64,000 nt of DNA, from positions 75,481-139,480 of the IMG/VR virus record IMGVR_UViG_3300021963_000037; one strand, written 5' to 3'. Of this stretch, positions 1 through 8,334 are shown piece after piece. This DNA is from a virus. The position numbers and the translations under genes are program-made. Position 1 is the stretch's first letter, and each line of letters begins with the position of its first letter. Under the pieces are notes generated by a model. The model did not search any database, was not told the origin of the DNA, and saw only the letters and a list, made by a program, of their open reading frames with translations.

Positions 1-1
1 T

Positions 2-283
2 GCCGCTGCAATCTTCAAATACAAGATAATTACTTCTTTTAGTAATATTGAGAATATTCTTACGGTTGCTCCATCAACAATTAAGAAACATGCTGGAAAA
101 GGAAACATGAATAAAAGGCTTTTGTGGGACGTTTTTACCGAGAATCGTTTGAGTGATCCGAACCTGGAATCCTCAGAGCTCCATAAGCACGTTAAAACCC
201 TTGAAATTGGGAAGTCCGTCCCGAAGCCCTTAGATGATTTAGTGGACGCTTACTTCCTTGCAAGCTATATCTCAGCGCTCTAA
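2..283 (+). CDS. RuvC-like Holliday junction resolvase, C-terminal part (truncated by window start)
   Basis: Frame 2 reads ...VAPSTIKKHAGKGNMNK...PKPLDDLVDAYFLASYISAL*, matching phage RuvC-type PxxxKK..GKGN and DxxDAY motifs; not in ORF track. Confidence 0.75.
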   Translation, partial: AAAIFKYKIITSFSNIENILTVAPSTIKKHAGKGNMNKRLLWDVFTENRLSDPNLESSELHKHVKTLEIGKSVPKPLDDLVDAYFLASYISAL

Positions 284-428
284 GAACCTTATCTTCACCT
301 GAAACCCAAATCTTATATTACACTTGTCACGGTTTGTTTCAAGATTTTAGAACTATTTTTAAAAAAAGTGAAAATAATTTTAGAGATATATAGAATGAGT
401 GAGTAAGACACCTTTTATTTGAAAAAAT

Positions 429-455
429 GAAACAAATCTAATTTACTCGATATAA
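429..455 (+). promoter_or_regulatory. Putative middle promoter GAAAC-N17-TATAA (gp32)
   Basis: One of nine sites with identical 17-nt spacing upstream of replication or metabolism genes. Confidence 0.7.
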
Positions 456-456
456 A

Positions 457-534
457 CCTTAACGTTTTAAAATTTAAAGGGCCCTTAAAGTTTAACGTAT
501 TAAACAATTTAAAGAAAATTAAAGTATTAAAGAC
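457..534 (+). promoter_or_regulatory. TTAAA-repeat leader of the ssDNA-binding protein gene (candidate translational autoregulation operator)
   Basis: About nine TTAA(A/C) units in the 5' UTR, like the T4 gene 32 operator. Confidence 0.5.
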
Positions 535-1461
535 ATGGCAGATTTTGACATTTTCAACCTTAGTGTTGACGCAGTAGACACACATGAAGTACAGAGCACT
601 GGTTCTGGCAACGACATCTACAAACCAACAGCCGATGAAGGCAAAGACGGAACTTACAAAGCACTTATTCGTTTTGTTCCAAACCCAAAGAATCCCCGCA
701 ATTCACTTGTTAAAAAGTACGTACATTGGCTAACTGATGCTAGTGGTGACGGAAAATTAGTTGACTCACCATCTTCTATCGGTGAAAAGTGTCCAATTGC
801 AGAGGCATTCTTCAAATTACGTAAATCAGACTCAGCAGTTGATCGCAAGATTGCAGACAAGTTGAAAAGACGTGAACAGTATTACGCTTTGATTAAAATT
901 ATCAAAGATCCTCAACACCCTGAATTCGAAGGTCAGTACAAAATCTTCAAGTTTGGTTACAAAATCAAAGAGAAAATCGATGAAGAATTGAAACCAGCAT
1001 TTGGAGAACCAACTCAAATTTTCGATCTATTCAATGGTAAAAACTTCGAACTTATTATTACTCGTCAAGGAGAATATAATAACTACGATAAGTCTAAATT
1101 CGCATCTAGCAAATCAGCAATTACTGTTGATGGAGAAGCTGCAGAAAAGACTCAAGAAGTTATGACCAAAATCAAAACTGAATTAGATGCAGCTCCTTCT
1201 TTAGAACCATACGAATACAAAGCATGGGATGATGAAACTCGCGATTTCGTGAACTCATTACTTCGTCAGTATTTGAATCCAGGTTCTTCAATCGATGAGA
1301 TTGTATCAAAACCTAAAGCTAAAGCAGCTCCTAAAGCTGAGCCAAAAGTAGAAGAGTCAAATGATTTTGATTTCGATACAACACCAGCTCCTAAGACAGA
1401 AGCAGCAGCGGTAGATAGTTCTGATGACTTAGATTCGTTTTTGAATGACCTCGACCTCTAA
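535..1461 (+). CDS. Single-stranded DNA-binding protein (T4 gp32-like)
   Basis: ALIRFVP, CPI, KIFKFGYKI, NYDKSKF motifs and acidic tail DDLDSFLNDLDL. Confidence 0.92.
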   Translation: MADFDIFNLSVDAVDTHEVQSTGSGNDIYKPTADEGKDGTYKALIRFVPNPKNPRNSLVKKYVHWLTDASGDGKLVDSPSSIGEKCPIAEAFFKLRKSDSAVDRKIADKLKRREQYYALIKIIKDPQHPEFEGQYKIFKFGYKIKEKIDEELKPAFGEPTQIFDLFNGKNFELIITRQGEYNNYDKSKFASSKSAITVDGEAAEKTQEVMTKIKTELDAAPSLEPYEYKAWDDETRDFVNSLLRQYLNPGSSIDEIVSKPKAKAAPKAEPKVEESNDFDFDTTPAPKTEAAAVDSSDDLDSFLNDLDL

Positions 1462-2524
1462 TATATCAGAAGACTTAAAACACACAATCAAACTCTTAGT
1501 TAAGAAAGTATTAGTTCAAGAACATACGGTCCAAAATAAGACGATGATTAAGGAAATGCCAGGGCGAATAACTCTGGCATGTCCTTATTGTGGTGACTCG
1601 TATTCCGATGACAAAAAGAAACGTGGTAATATCTATTGGGACACTTTACAGTATCATTGTTTTAACTGTTCCCAACATGGAGATGTTTATAGTTTCTTAA
1701 AAGATCACGGTGTCCGTTTTGGTAGTTCTGAAGATTCAGTTCAAGTAATTGAGTGGATTAAAGAAAACAAAGCAGAGTCCCATCATGTTGATGTTTTACA
1801 GTATGGTATATTTGAAAAGATTGGACAATTAGCGCCAACTATCGAAGAATTACGAGTTGCACTTAAGATGACCTACATTTCGGTAGGAGATGCACCTTGG
1901 TTATATCTAAGAAAGAGATTTCTTTCAAACAAATTAGAAAACTTCCTCTATTCCCCCAAAGACAAAAGAATCTATGTTCTAAATTTAGGACCAGACGGAA
2001 AAGTAATTGGAATGCAGTCAAGAACTCTTGTTAAAACTAGCAATTCTAAATACTTAACCTACGATCTTGAAAAGATATTAGAGTGGATGGGAAAGCCTAT
2101 TGAAATAGATGAAGCAGAGAAAATGGCAATTAGTAAAATATCAACCTTATTTGGTATTATGAAAACTGACTTTACTCGACCAGTTACAATATTTGAAGGA
2201 CCATTAGATCGAATGTTTATGAATAATTCATTAGCACTTTCCTCTGTAGGGCGAGACACGACTGAGCTCGACCAGGTTCCAACAATTCGTTATATGTTCG
2301 ATAATGATAAAGCTGGTAAAACAAAAATGATTGAAAAGCTAAAAGCTGGAAAATCAGTCTTTATGTGGTCCAAATTTCTCAAAGATACTAAAATGGATAA
2401 ATATAAAGAACCTATTAAAGATTTAAACGACTTAGTAATGGCCGCTTACATAAACAAAAGTGATTGTTTAACTAAAATAAACGACTACTTTTCAAACTCA
2501 ATGTTAGATGCGTACTACTTATAA
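1445..2524 (+). CDS. DNA primase (T4 gp61-like)
   Basis: Zn ribbon CPYCGDS...YHCFNC; TOPRIM FEGPLD, FDND, KDLND. Confidence 0.92.
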   Translation: MTSTSNISEDLKHTIKLLVKKVLVQEHTVQNKTMIKEMPGRITLACPYCGDSYSDDKKKRGNIYWDTLQYHCFNCSQHGDVYSFLKDHGVRFGSSEDSVQVIEWIKENKAESHHVDVLQYGIFEKIGQLAPTIEELRVALKMTYISVGDAPWLYLRKRFLSNKLENFLYSPKDKRIYVLNLGPDGKVIGMQSRTLVKTSNSKYLTYDLEKILEWMGKPIEIDEAEKMAISKISTLFGIMKTDFTRPVTIFEGPLDRMFMNNSLALSSVGRDTTELDQVPTIRYMFDNDKAGKTKMIEKLKAGKSVFMWSKFLKDTKMDKYKEPIKDLNDLVMAAYINKSDCLTKINDYFSNSMLDAYYL

Positions 2525-2543
2525 AAATAGACAGGTTCTAGCT

Positions 2544-2747
2544 ATGATAGAACAAGAATTTGAAGATTTCGAAAAGGACAGAGAAAACAGCAGCAAAGGA
2601 CTAAAAACCATTGTTGACTTTGGCGTTTCGAAAATTGAATATGATGGTACAACAATTAAAACACAGTTGAAACCTAAGTTCAAAGCAAAGATTAAAAGCA
2701 GTGTTTATATTAAACCTAACTCAGACAGCAAAAACTCGCTGTTTTAA
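2544..2747 (+). CDS. Hypothetical protein ending in KNSLF (clamp-binding-like tail)
   Basis: ORF between primase and UvsY; ATG at 2544 preferred over 2508. Confidence 0.6.
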   Translation: MIEQEFEDFEKDRENSSKGLKTIVDFGVSKIEYDGTTIKTQLKPKFKAKIKSSVYIKPNSDSKNSLF

Positions 2748-2757
2748 AATTAAATAA

Positions 2758-3192
2758 ATGGAAGTTGAAACTAAAGTAAATAAATTGCAGCAGTTAGATG
2801 AGTATCTAGCTACTCAAAGGACTGAATGGACTAGTAAAATTCGAGGTGTTGCAGATGATTTAAAACATGGTAACAATCTCCCAGAAGTCTCATCTTACGC
2901 ATTAAGTTATCGACAAATTTTAGTCGATATGATTGCATCTATTAGTTCTAAAATCAGAACTCAAAAAGCAAAAATAGATCGAGAATATAAATCAGCGTGG
3001 GTAGGATATTATCAATATGATTATAAACTATCTGATGGACAACGCGCTAAATTTATTGAGGCTGACTTGTCAGAAGATTATCAAGTACAACAATTATTAG
3101 AGATGCAAAGAGATTTCTTTAATGGTTCTGTAAAAACTCTTGATAACATTGGATTTGCAATTAAGAATCGAATTGACATGAAACAGTTATAA
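2758..3192 (+). CDS. uvsY: Recombination mediator UvsY-like
   Basis: Helical 144-aa protein with YY..Y, FIEAD and FAIKNRID C-terminus, adjacent to UvsW. Confidence 0.75.
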   Translation: MEVETKVNKLQQLDEYLATQRTEWTSKIRGVADDLKHGNNLPEVSSYALSYRQILVDMIASISSKIRTQKAKIDREYKSAWVGYYQYDYKLSDGQRAKFIEADLSEDYQVQQLLEMQRDFFNGSVKTLDNIGFAIKNRIDMKQL

Positions 3193-3207
3193 AAATATTA
3201 GAATGTT

Positions 3208-4716
3208 TTGGTAATAACATTAACAGACGATAATAGGTTTCTAAGAATCGACGAAGCAAGTGAAATTGAAATTGAACAAATTAATTTAAGTCTCACTAAA
3301 AGAATTGACGGATGGAGATTCAACCCCTTAGTTAAGAGGGGAGTATGGGATGGTTACGTCTCGTATATTAAAGATAACAAATGGATTCCTGTAGGTTTAT
3401 GGAGATATGTCATGGAAACCTGCAAGGAATACAATTTTGATTTAAAACTAAATGGTATTACCAGATTGTTTGATCGAAATATTTCAGCCGAAGGATTTGA
3501 AACTTGGGCAAATGCATTTTTTGATGGCTATCATCTTCAACCGAGAGATTATCAAATTGATGCATCTTATAATATCTTAAAATTTAGAAAGTGTCTTGCT
3601 GAATTGGCAACATCTGCTGGAAAAACGATGATTTCGTTTATGACAGTTGCTTATATGCTAGAGAAACAGAAGGCACAGAAAATCCTTTTTATAGTACCTA
3701 ACGTTTCACTGGTTGTACAAGCTAGCGAAGACTTTGTTGACTATAATTGGAGAAACCAAGTGAAGATACGTATCCAACAAATCTACGCAGGTCAGAAAAT
3801 TAAACCCAATTCAAATGTCGTAATTGGTACATATCAATCCCTAATTAAAAAAGAAAAAGAATATTTTGATGACTTTGATGCTGTTATTGTTGATGAAACA
3901 CATAAAGCAAAATCACAGTCAATTAAAGATATTTTAGCAAAGTGTAGAAATGCACAATATAAATTTGGTTTATCTGGTACAATTCCAAAAGATGGTACAC
4001 TAGATAAACTAACACTAATGTCCCAAACCGGCCCGGTAATTACTGAAGTAAAAGCAGCTTTCTTACAACAAGAAGGGCATATTGCAAAATGCCGAGTTAA
4101 GGTTATTGAAATGGATTACGCTCCCGCTGCAACAAAGCAAGCATTTATGGAGTTAGCACAAAATAGATATGAAAGCAAAGATGTTTTCCAACTCGAACAA
4201 AATTATATCATCAACAACAAAGCACGCCTTGACTTTGTTGTCAACGTTATTTCCAGAATACCAAGGAATTCTCTTGTACTTTTCCACAGAATCGAACATG
4301 GTAAAAAATTATACGATGCTCTTCGCCAAAGAAGCCAAAAGAAGGTTTATTATGTTGACGGAGGGACAGATTCTGATATTCGAGAAGAATACAAAAAGAA
4401 AATGGAAGCTGGTGAAGAGATCGTCATCGTTGCCTCTTATGGCACGTTTTCTACCGGAATCTCAATTAAAAAGATTCATAGCGTATTCTTCACAGAATCA
4501 TTTAAATCAGAAGTCATCATTAGACAATCAATTGGTCGAGGACTTAGACAACATGAGTCCAAAAAAGAGGTAATTATTGTAGATTTCGTTGATAATTTAT
4601 CAACACCTGATTGGGAATGTTACCTATTTAGACATGGTCAAGTTAGACAACAAATCTATAAGCAAGAAAAATTCAATTTCGACATCAAACAGGTCACATT
4701 TGATGGGTCTGAATAA
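3208..4716 (+). CDS. uvsW: SF2 DNA helicase UvsW
   Basis: WDG, RDYQ, ATSAGKT, DETH, GLSGT, QSIGRGLR motifs. Confidence 0.93.
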   Translation: MVITLTDDNRFLRIDEASEIEIEQINLSLTKRIDGWRFNPLVKRGVWDGYVSYIKDNKWIPVGLWRYVMETCKEYNFDLKLNGITRLFDRNISAEGFETWANAFFDGYHLQPRDYQIDASYNILKFRKCLAELATSAGKTMISFMTVAYMLEKQKAQKILFIVPNVSLVVQASEDFVDYNWRNQVKIRIQQIYAGQKIKPNSNVVIGTYQSLIKKEKEYFDDFDAVIVDETHKAKSQSIKDILAKCRNAQYKFGLSGTIPKDGTLDKLTLMSQTGPVITEVKAAFLQQEGHIAKCRVKVIEMDYAPAATKQAFMELAQNRYESKDVFQLEQNYIINNKARLDFVVNVISRIPRNSLVLFHRIEHGKKLYDALRQRSQKKVYYVDGGTDSDIREEYKKKMEAGEEIVIVASYGTFSTGISIKKIHSVFFTESFKSEVIIRQSIGRGLRQHESKKEVIIVDFVDNLSTPDWECYLFRHGQVRQQIYKQEKFNFDIKQVTFDGSE

Positions 4717-4741
4717 TGGACAAAGTTCATTAAATCATACG

Positions 4742-4749
4742 AATATATA
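4742..4749 (+). promoter_or_regulatory. Putative late promoter AATATATA
   Basis: RATATATA box recurring upstream of virion genes. Confidence 0.6.
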
Positions 4750-4778
4750 AGATAAGACTGTAAAAAAATATTAAAACA

Positions 4779-6995
4779 ATGGAACTAAACAAAATTACAT
4801 CGTTTAAGACTTTCTCAGAATTAAAATCTCAAAAGGATGCAGTTAAAACTGAGCAAGAAAATAAGACGAAAAGAGTTAAATCTTTAGAGAAAATCTCTTC
4901 TATTTTAGATGAATTGGAAATCAACGATATGTCTGAATTAGACGAAGAGAAGAAAAAAGCGTTATATGCTAAACTATTTAGTGAAGATCGTGCTGAAGAA
5001 ATTGAAGCAGAAATCGTTGCTAAAGGTAAAGAAAAAGATGAGTCTGACGAAGTTGGAGACCTTATAAATAAAGGTATTGCTGACGAAGTTGAAGAAGATA
5101 AAGCTGAAGATATCGAAGACGATATTAATAAATTAGGAGAACCTAAAGAAGAAGATCCTAAAGATGGTGAAGAATTAGAATCTGAACTTGATGAGGCTAA
5201 AGTTACATTAGATGCAATGGAACCAGACGAAGAAGGTCTTGTTAAATTCTGTAAAAAGAAAGGCATCAAATGGAAAATTGTAAATATGAATGGTCCAGCT
5301 GCTAATTACCCAGAAGTTGAGTACATTGGTAAAAAGAAGGATCTTGAAACAATGATTCAAGATTTTTGGGGTAAAGATAGTGGTTTAGAAGAGTTTATCG
5401 AAGAATCTATTGTTTCTGAAGCTCGTTCTATTAATAAGATCCAAAATGACTGGACCAAAGTAACAGCTGGTATGGCTGAACTTGCTAAACAATGGAAAGC
5501 CGCTGAAGGTGATGCAAAAGCTGCATTACTTGCTAAAATGAAAGAAGAAACTGCTAAGAAAAAAGCTTTAGAAGCTGAATTAGACGATGCAGTTACTGGT
5601 AAAGATAAAGATTTGGAATTAGTAGTTACTGAAGGTAATGCTTTTACTGGAGCCTTATTTGCTGCTAGAAATAAAGGAGAGAAAACATTTGAATTTAACG
5701 GTAAAACTTATAATGTTCGTGGTTCTAAAGTTAATGAAGAAGACGATGAAGTTAAAGAAGCTGTTGAAGTTGAAGAAGGTAATGCTTTTGGAGATGCTGT
5801 TAGAAAAGCTAAAGAAGCTGGAGAGAAAGAATTTGAATTTGATGGTAAAACATACAAAGTAGAAGAAGCTTTAACTGAAGGTTCTCATGGTATGGCTAAA
5901 AGATTACTTCAAGAAATTATTGATGGTAATACTTCAAGAGCAGAAGGTACTAAAATGTCTAAAGAGTTAGCTGCACATTTTCTAACTTGGGTTGAAAGTT
6001 CTCCATTCGGAAAGAAAAACGGAAACTTACCATTAGATATGTTGATTAAAGCATCATTTAACTGGGGTATTGAAAGAGGTTTAGATCCTAAATTAAAAGG
6101 TGAATTATCAAAATTAAAAGAAACTGTTAAAGAATCTAATGAAATCGAAGAAGGTAATGCTTTTGGAGATGCTGTTAGAAAAGCTAAAGAAGCTGGAGAG
6201 AAGGAATTCGAATTTGACGGTAAGAAATATAAAGTTGAAGAGTCTAAACACAATCCATCTGTTAAAGTGGTTGTAGAATCTGTAAATGAAGCAAAGCAAT
6301 TTGATAAAGATTATGCAGATATGGAAACTTCTATTAAAAGAGGTATTGGTTGGATCGATCCTGAATATACAGCAGATACTTGGGAAAATTCATCAGACAC
6401 TATAGATTTTGAATTAGTAAGTTCTGAAATCTATAAAAGATTAATCAAAGCCGGTTTATTATGGACATCTGAAGATGGCGAAACAAAAGATAAACAAATA
6501 AAATCTTTAAAAGAATTAGGTATTAAAGAATCAGTTGTTAATGAAGCTGAAATTAAATCTGAAGACGAATTTAAAGATTATGCAATGACTGTTTTAAAAA
6601 AAGCATTTGGCGACGAATTTGATGAAGCTAAAGCTGGAGAAGTAGTTGATGGTATTCTTAAAAAATGTGATGGTGATTTCGGTGCAGCAGTTGGTATGTT
6701 GACAAGTTCTCTTGGAGAATCTGTTACTAATGAAGCAATAGACACTAAATATTGGGCAGATTACAACACTGATACTTCTGGTCATGGAGATCCAGCAAAC
6801 TCAATTAAATTAAAAGTTTTTGATATTGCTTTTGAAGAAGCCGTAGAATCATGGAATGATGAAGCAGATGGTGAAGAAAATCAAATCAATGACAAACAAG
6901 CTGATAAGATTGAAAGATTAGCAAAAGAATTCTTTAGAAAAGAAAAATGGATTTCAATTAATGTCATTCACGCAATGATTGCACAGGAATCCTAA
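4779..6995 (+). CDS. Acidic modular putative internal head protein (polyprotein-like)
   Basis: N-terminal KITSFKTFSE capsid-targeting-like motif; many (L/I/V/T)xE-(A/G) sites; three NAF...GEKxFEFxGKxY modules. Confidence 0.6.
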   Translation: MELNKITSFKTFSELKSQKDAVKTEQENKTKRVKSLEKISSILDELEINDMSELDEEKKKALYAKLFSEDRAEEIEAEIVAKGKEKDESDEVGDLINKGIADEVEEDKAEDIEDDINKLGEPKEEDPKDGEELESELDEAKVTLDAMEPDEEGLVKFCKKKGIKWKIVNMNGPAANYPEVEYIGKKKDLETMIQDFWGKDSGLEEFIEESIVSEARSINKIQNDWTKVTAGMAELAKQWKAAEGDAKAALLAKMKEETAKKKALEAELDDAVTGKDKDLELVVTEGNAFTGALFAARNKGEKTFEFNGKTYNVRGSKVNEEDDEVKEAVEVEEGNAFGDAVRKAKEAGEKEFEFDGKTYKVEEALTEGSHGMAKRLLQEIIDGNTSRAEGTKMSKELAAHFLTWVESSPFGKKNGNLPLDMLIKASFNWGIERGLDPKLKGELSKLKETVKESNEIEEGNAFGDAVRKAKEAGEKEFEFDGKKYKVEESKHNPSVKVVVESVNEAKQFDKDYADMETSIKRGIGWIDPEYTADTWENSSDTIDFELVSSEIYKRLIKAGLLWTSEDGETKDKQIKSLKELGIKESVVNEAEIKSEDEFKDYAMTVLKKAFGDEFDEAKAGEVVDGILKKCDGDFGAAVGMLTSSLGESVTNEAIDTKYWADYNTDTSGHGDPANSIKLKVFDIAFEEAVESWNDEADGEENQINDKQADKIERLAKEFFRKEKWISINVIHAMIAQES
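5772..6240 (+). repeat. Intragenic duplication: 56-bp identical stretch at 5772-5827 and 6147-6202 (third diverged copy from 5631)
   Basis: GAAGAAGGTAATGCTTTTGGAGATGCTGTTAGAAAAGCTAAAGAAGCTGGAGAGAA occurs twice. Confidence 0.9.
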
Positions 6996-7013
6996 TAAAA
7001 TAGAATAAATATT

Positions 7014-7045
7014 AGACCTGAGTATAAAACACTCGGGTCTTTTTT
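7014..7045 (+). terminator. Intrinsic terminator
   Basis: AGACCTGAGT-loop-ACTCGGGTCT followed by T run. Confidence 0.75.
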
Positions 7046-7052
7046 GAATATT

Positions 7053-8333
7053 ATGAAACTATACAACTACAACGAATTCTTACTAGAAAAATGGAACTCA
7101 AAGTTTCCATCATTGGTAATGGAAGGTGGAGCAGCAGGTCATATGATGCATCCATTTGATGATAACTCATTGACTTTCGGAGATATGAAACATTTAATCG
7201 ATTCTGCTTTGCAAGGTCGTTTAGATTTTGAAGAGGCTCCAACTGAAAAAACTGATGGACAAAACTTATTTGTTACAGTTACTGCAGCAGGTAAAGTTTT
7301 ATTTGCTAGAAATAAAGGTCAAATGGCTAACCCAATTGATTTAAGCTCAATCACTTCGATGTTCAAGGATCACCCTTCAGCTGGAGTAAGAGATACATTC
7401 ACTTATGCAGCAAGTGACTTAGCAAGTGCTTTAGGATCACTAAAGGGTACAGATATAGAAGACTTCAATGACGGTAAATCATTTATGAATATGGAGTTAA
7501 TTTATTCTGGAAATTCAAATGTAATTAATTATGACCGTGACGTTATTCAATTCCATGGTATTGTTCATACTGATGGAGCTGGAAATCAAATAGGTTCTGA
7601 TTCTAGTGTAGCTAGAAAAGTACAAGCTGCTCTTAATAAAGTAACAGCTGACGTACAAAAGACATTTAAAATTATTCCTCCACAAGATTTGCAGATTGGA
7701 AAAACTGTAAACTTTGACGAGAAAAAGAAATACTTTTTAGATAAAGTTATTGCATTACAAAACACTTATAAATTATCTGATTCAGATCCTGTATCTAAAT
7801 ACCATGAAATGTGGTGGACCGAATTAATTGCTAAAACTTTCTCTAATTTAGATACAATCACACAAGCTGGATTGGTACAAAGATGGGCGTTTGATGACAA
7901 GAAAACATTAAACATGAGAGATGTTAGTAAACAAATTGGAGATAGTGAATATAAAAAACTACAAGAATTTGAAAAAACTGATGCTAAAAAGAAATATAAA
8001 GAAAACATCATGCCATTCGAAAATATCTTTCTTGAATTAGGTTCAGTAGTATTAAAGAATGTTTCAAATTTATTAGCAGCAAACCCAGATCAAGAGATGC
8101 AGAGACTTCACAATCAAATTAGAACTGAAGCTGACAAAATCAAACAAAACGGAGACCTTTCACAAATTTCAAAAGTTGAATCAGAATTGGCACGTTTAGA
8201 AAGAATTGGCGGAATCGATTCAATTATTCCAAGTGAAGGTTTAGTTTTTAAATTTAAAGGTAAATTGTACAAATTAACCGGTACATTCGCTGCAATAAAT
8301 CAATTAATGGGTATTATAAAATACGGAAGATAA
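7053..8333 (+). CDS. ATP-dependent ligase-like nucleotidyltransferase (DUF6267-like T4-type phage protein) with capsid-targeting-like N-terminus
   Basis: MKLYNYNEFLLE; EGGAAGHMxHPFD; motif I EKTDGQN, III MELIY, IV SEGLVFK, V LYKLTG. Confidence 0.65.
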   Translation: MKLYNYNEFLLEKWNSKFPSLVMEGGAAGHMMHPFDDNSLTFGDMKHLIDSALQGRLDFEEAPTEKTDGQNLFVTVTAAGKVLFARNKGQMANPIDLSSITSMFKDHPSAGVRDTFTYAASDLASALGSLKGTDIEDFNDGKSFMNMELIYSGNSNVINYDRDVIQFHGIVHTDGAGNQIGSDSSVARKVQAALNKVTADVQKTFKIIPPQDLQIGKTVNFDEKKKYFLDKVIALQNTYKLSDSDPVSKYHEMWWTELIAKTFSNLDTITQAGLVQRWAFDDKKTLNMRDVSKQIGDSEYKKLQEFEKTDAKKKYKENIMPFENIFLELGSVVLKNVSNLLAANPDQEMQRLHNQIRTEADKIKQNGDLSQISKVESELARLERIGGIDSIIPSEGLVFKFKGKLYKLTGTFAAINQLMGIIKYGR

Positions 8334-8334
8334 A

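Noticed and set aside
313-340. Minus-strand GAAAC...TATAA pointing antisense into the RuvC-like gene
   Set aside because: Spacer is 18 nt rather than the invariant 17 and there is no downstream minus-strand gene; could be chance
7044-7052. Track starts at 7044, 16919 and 62388
   Set aside because: These TTG starts fall inside terminator or promoter elements; downstream ATGs at 7053, 16949 and 62418 fit better
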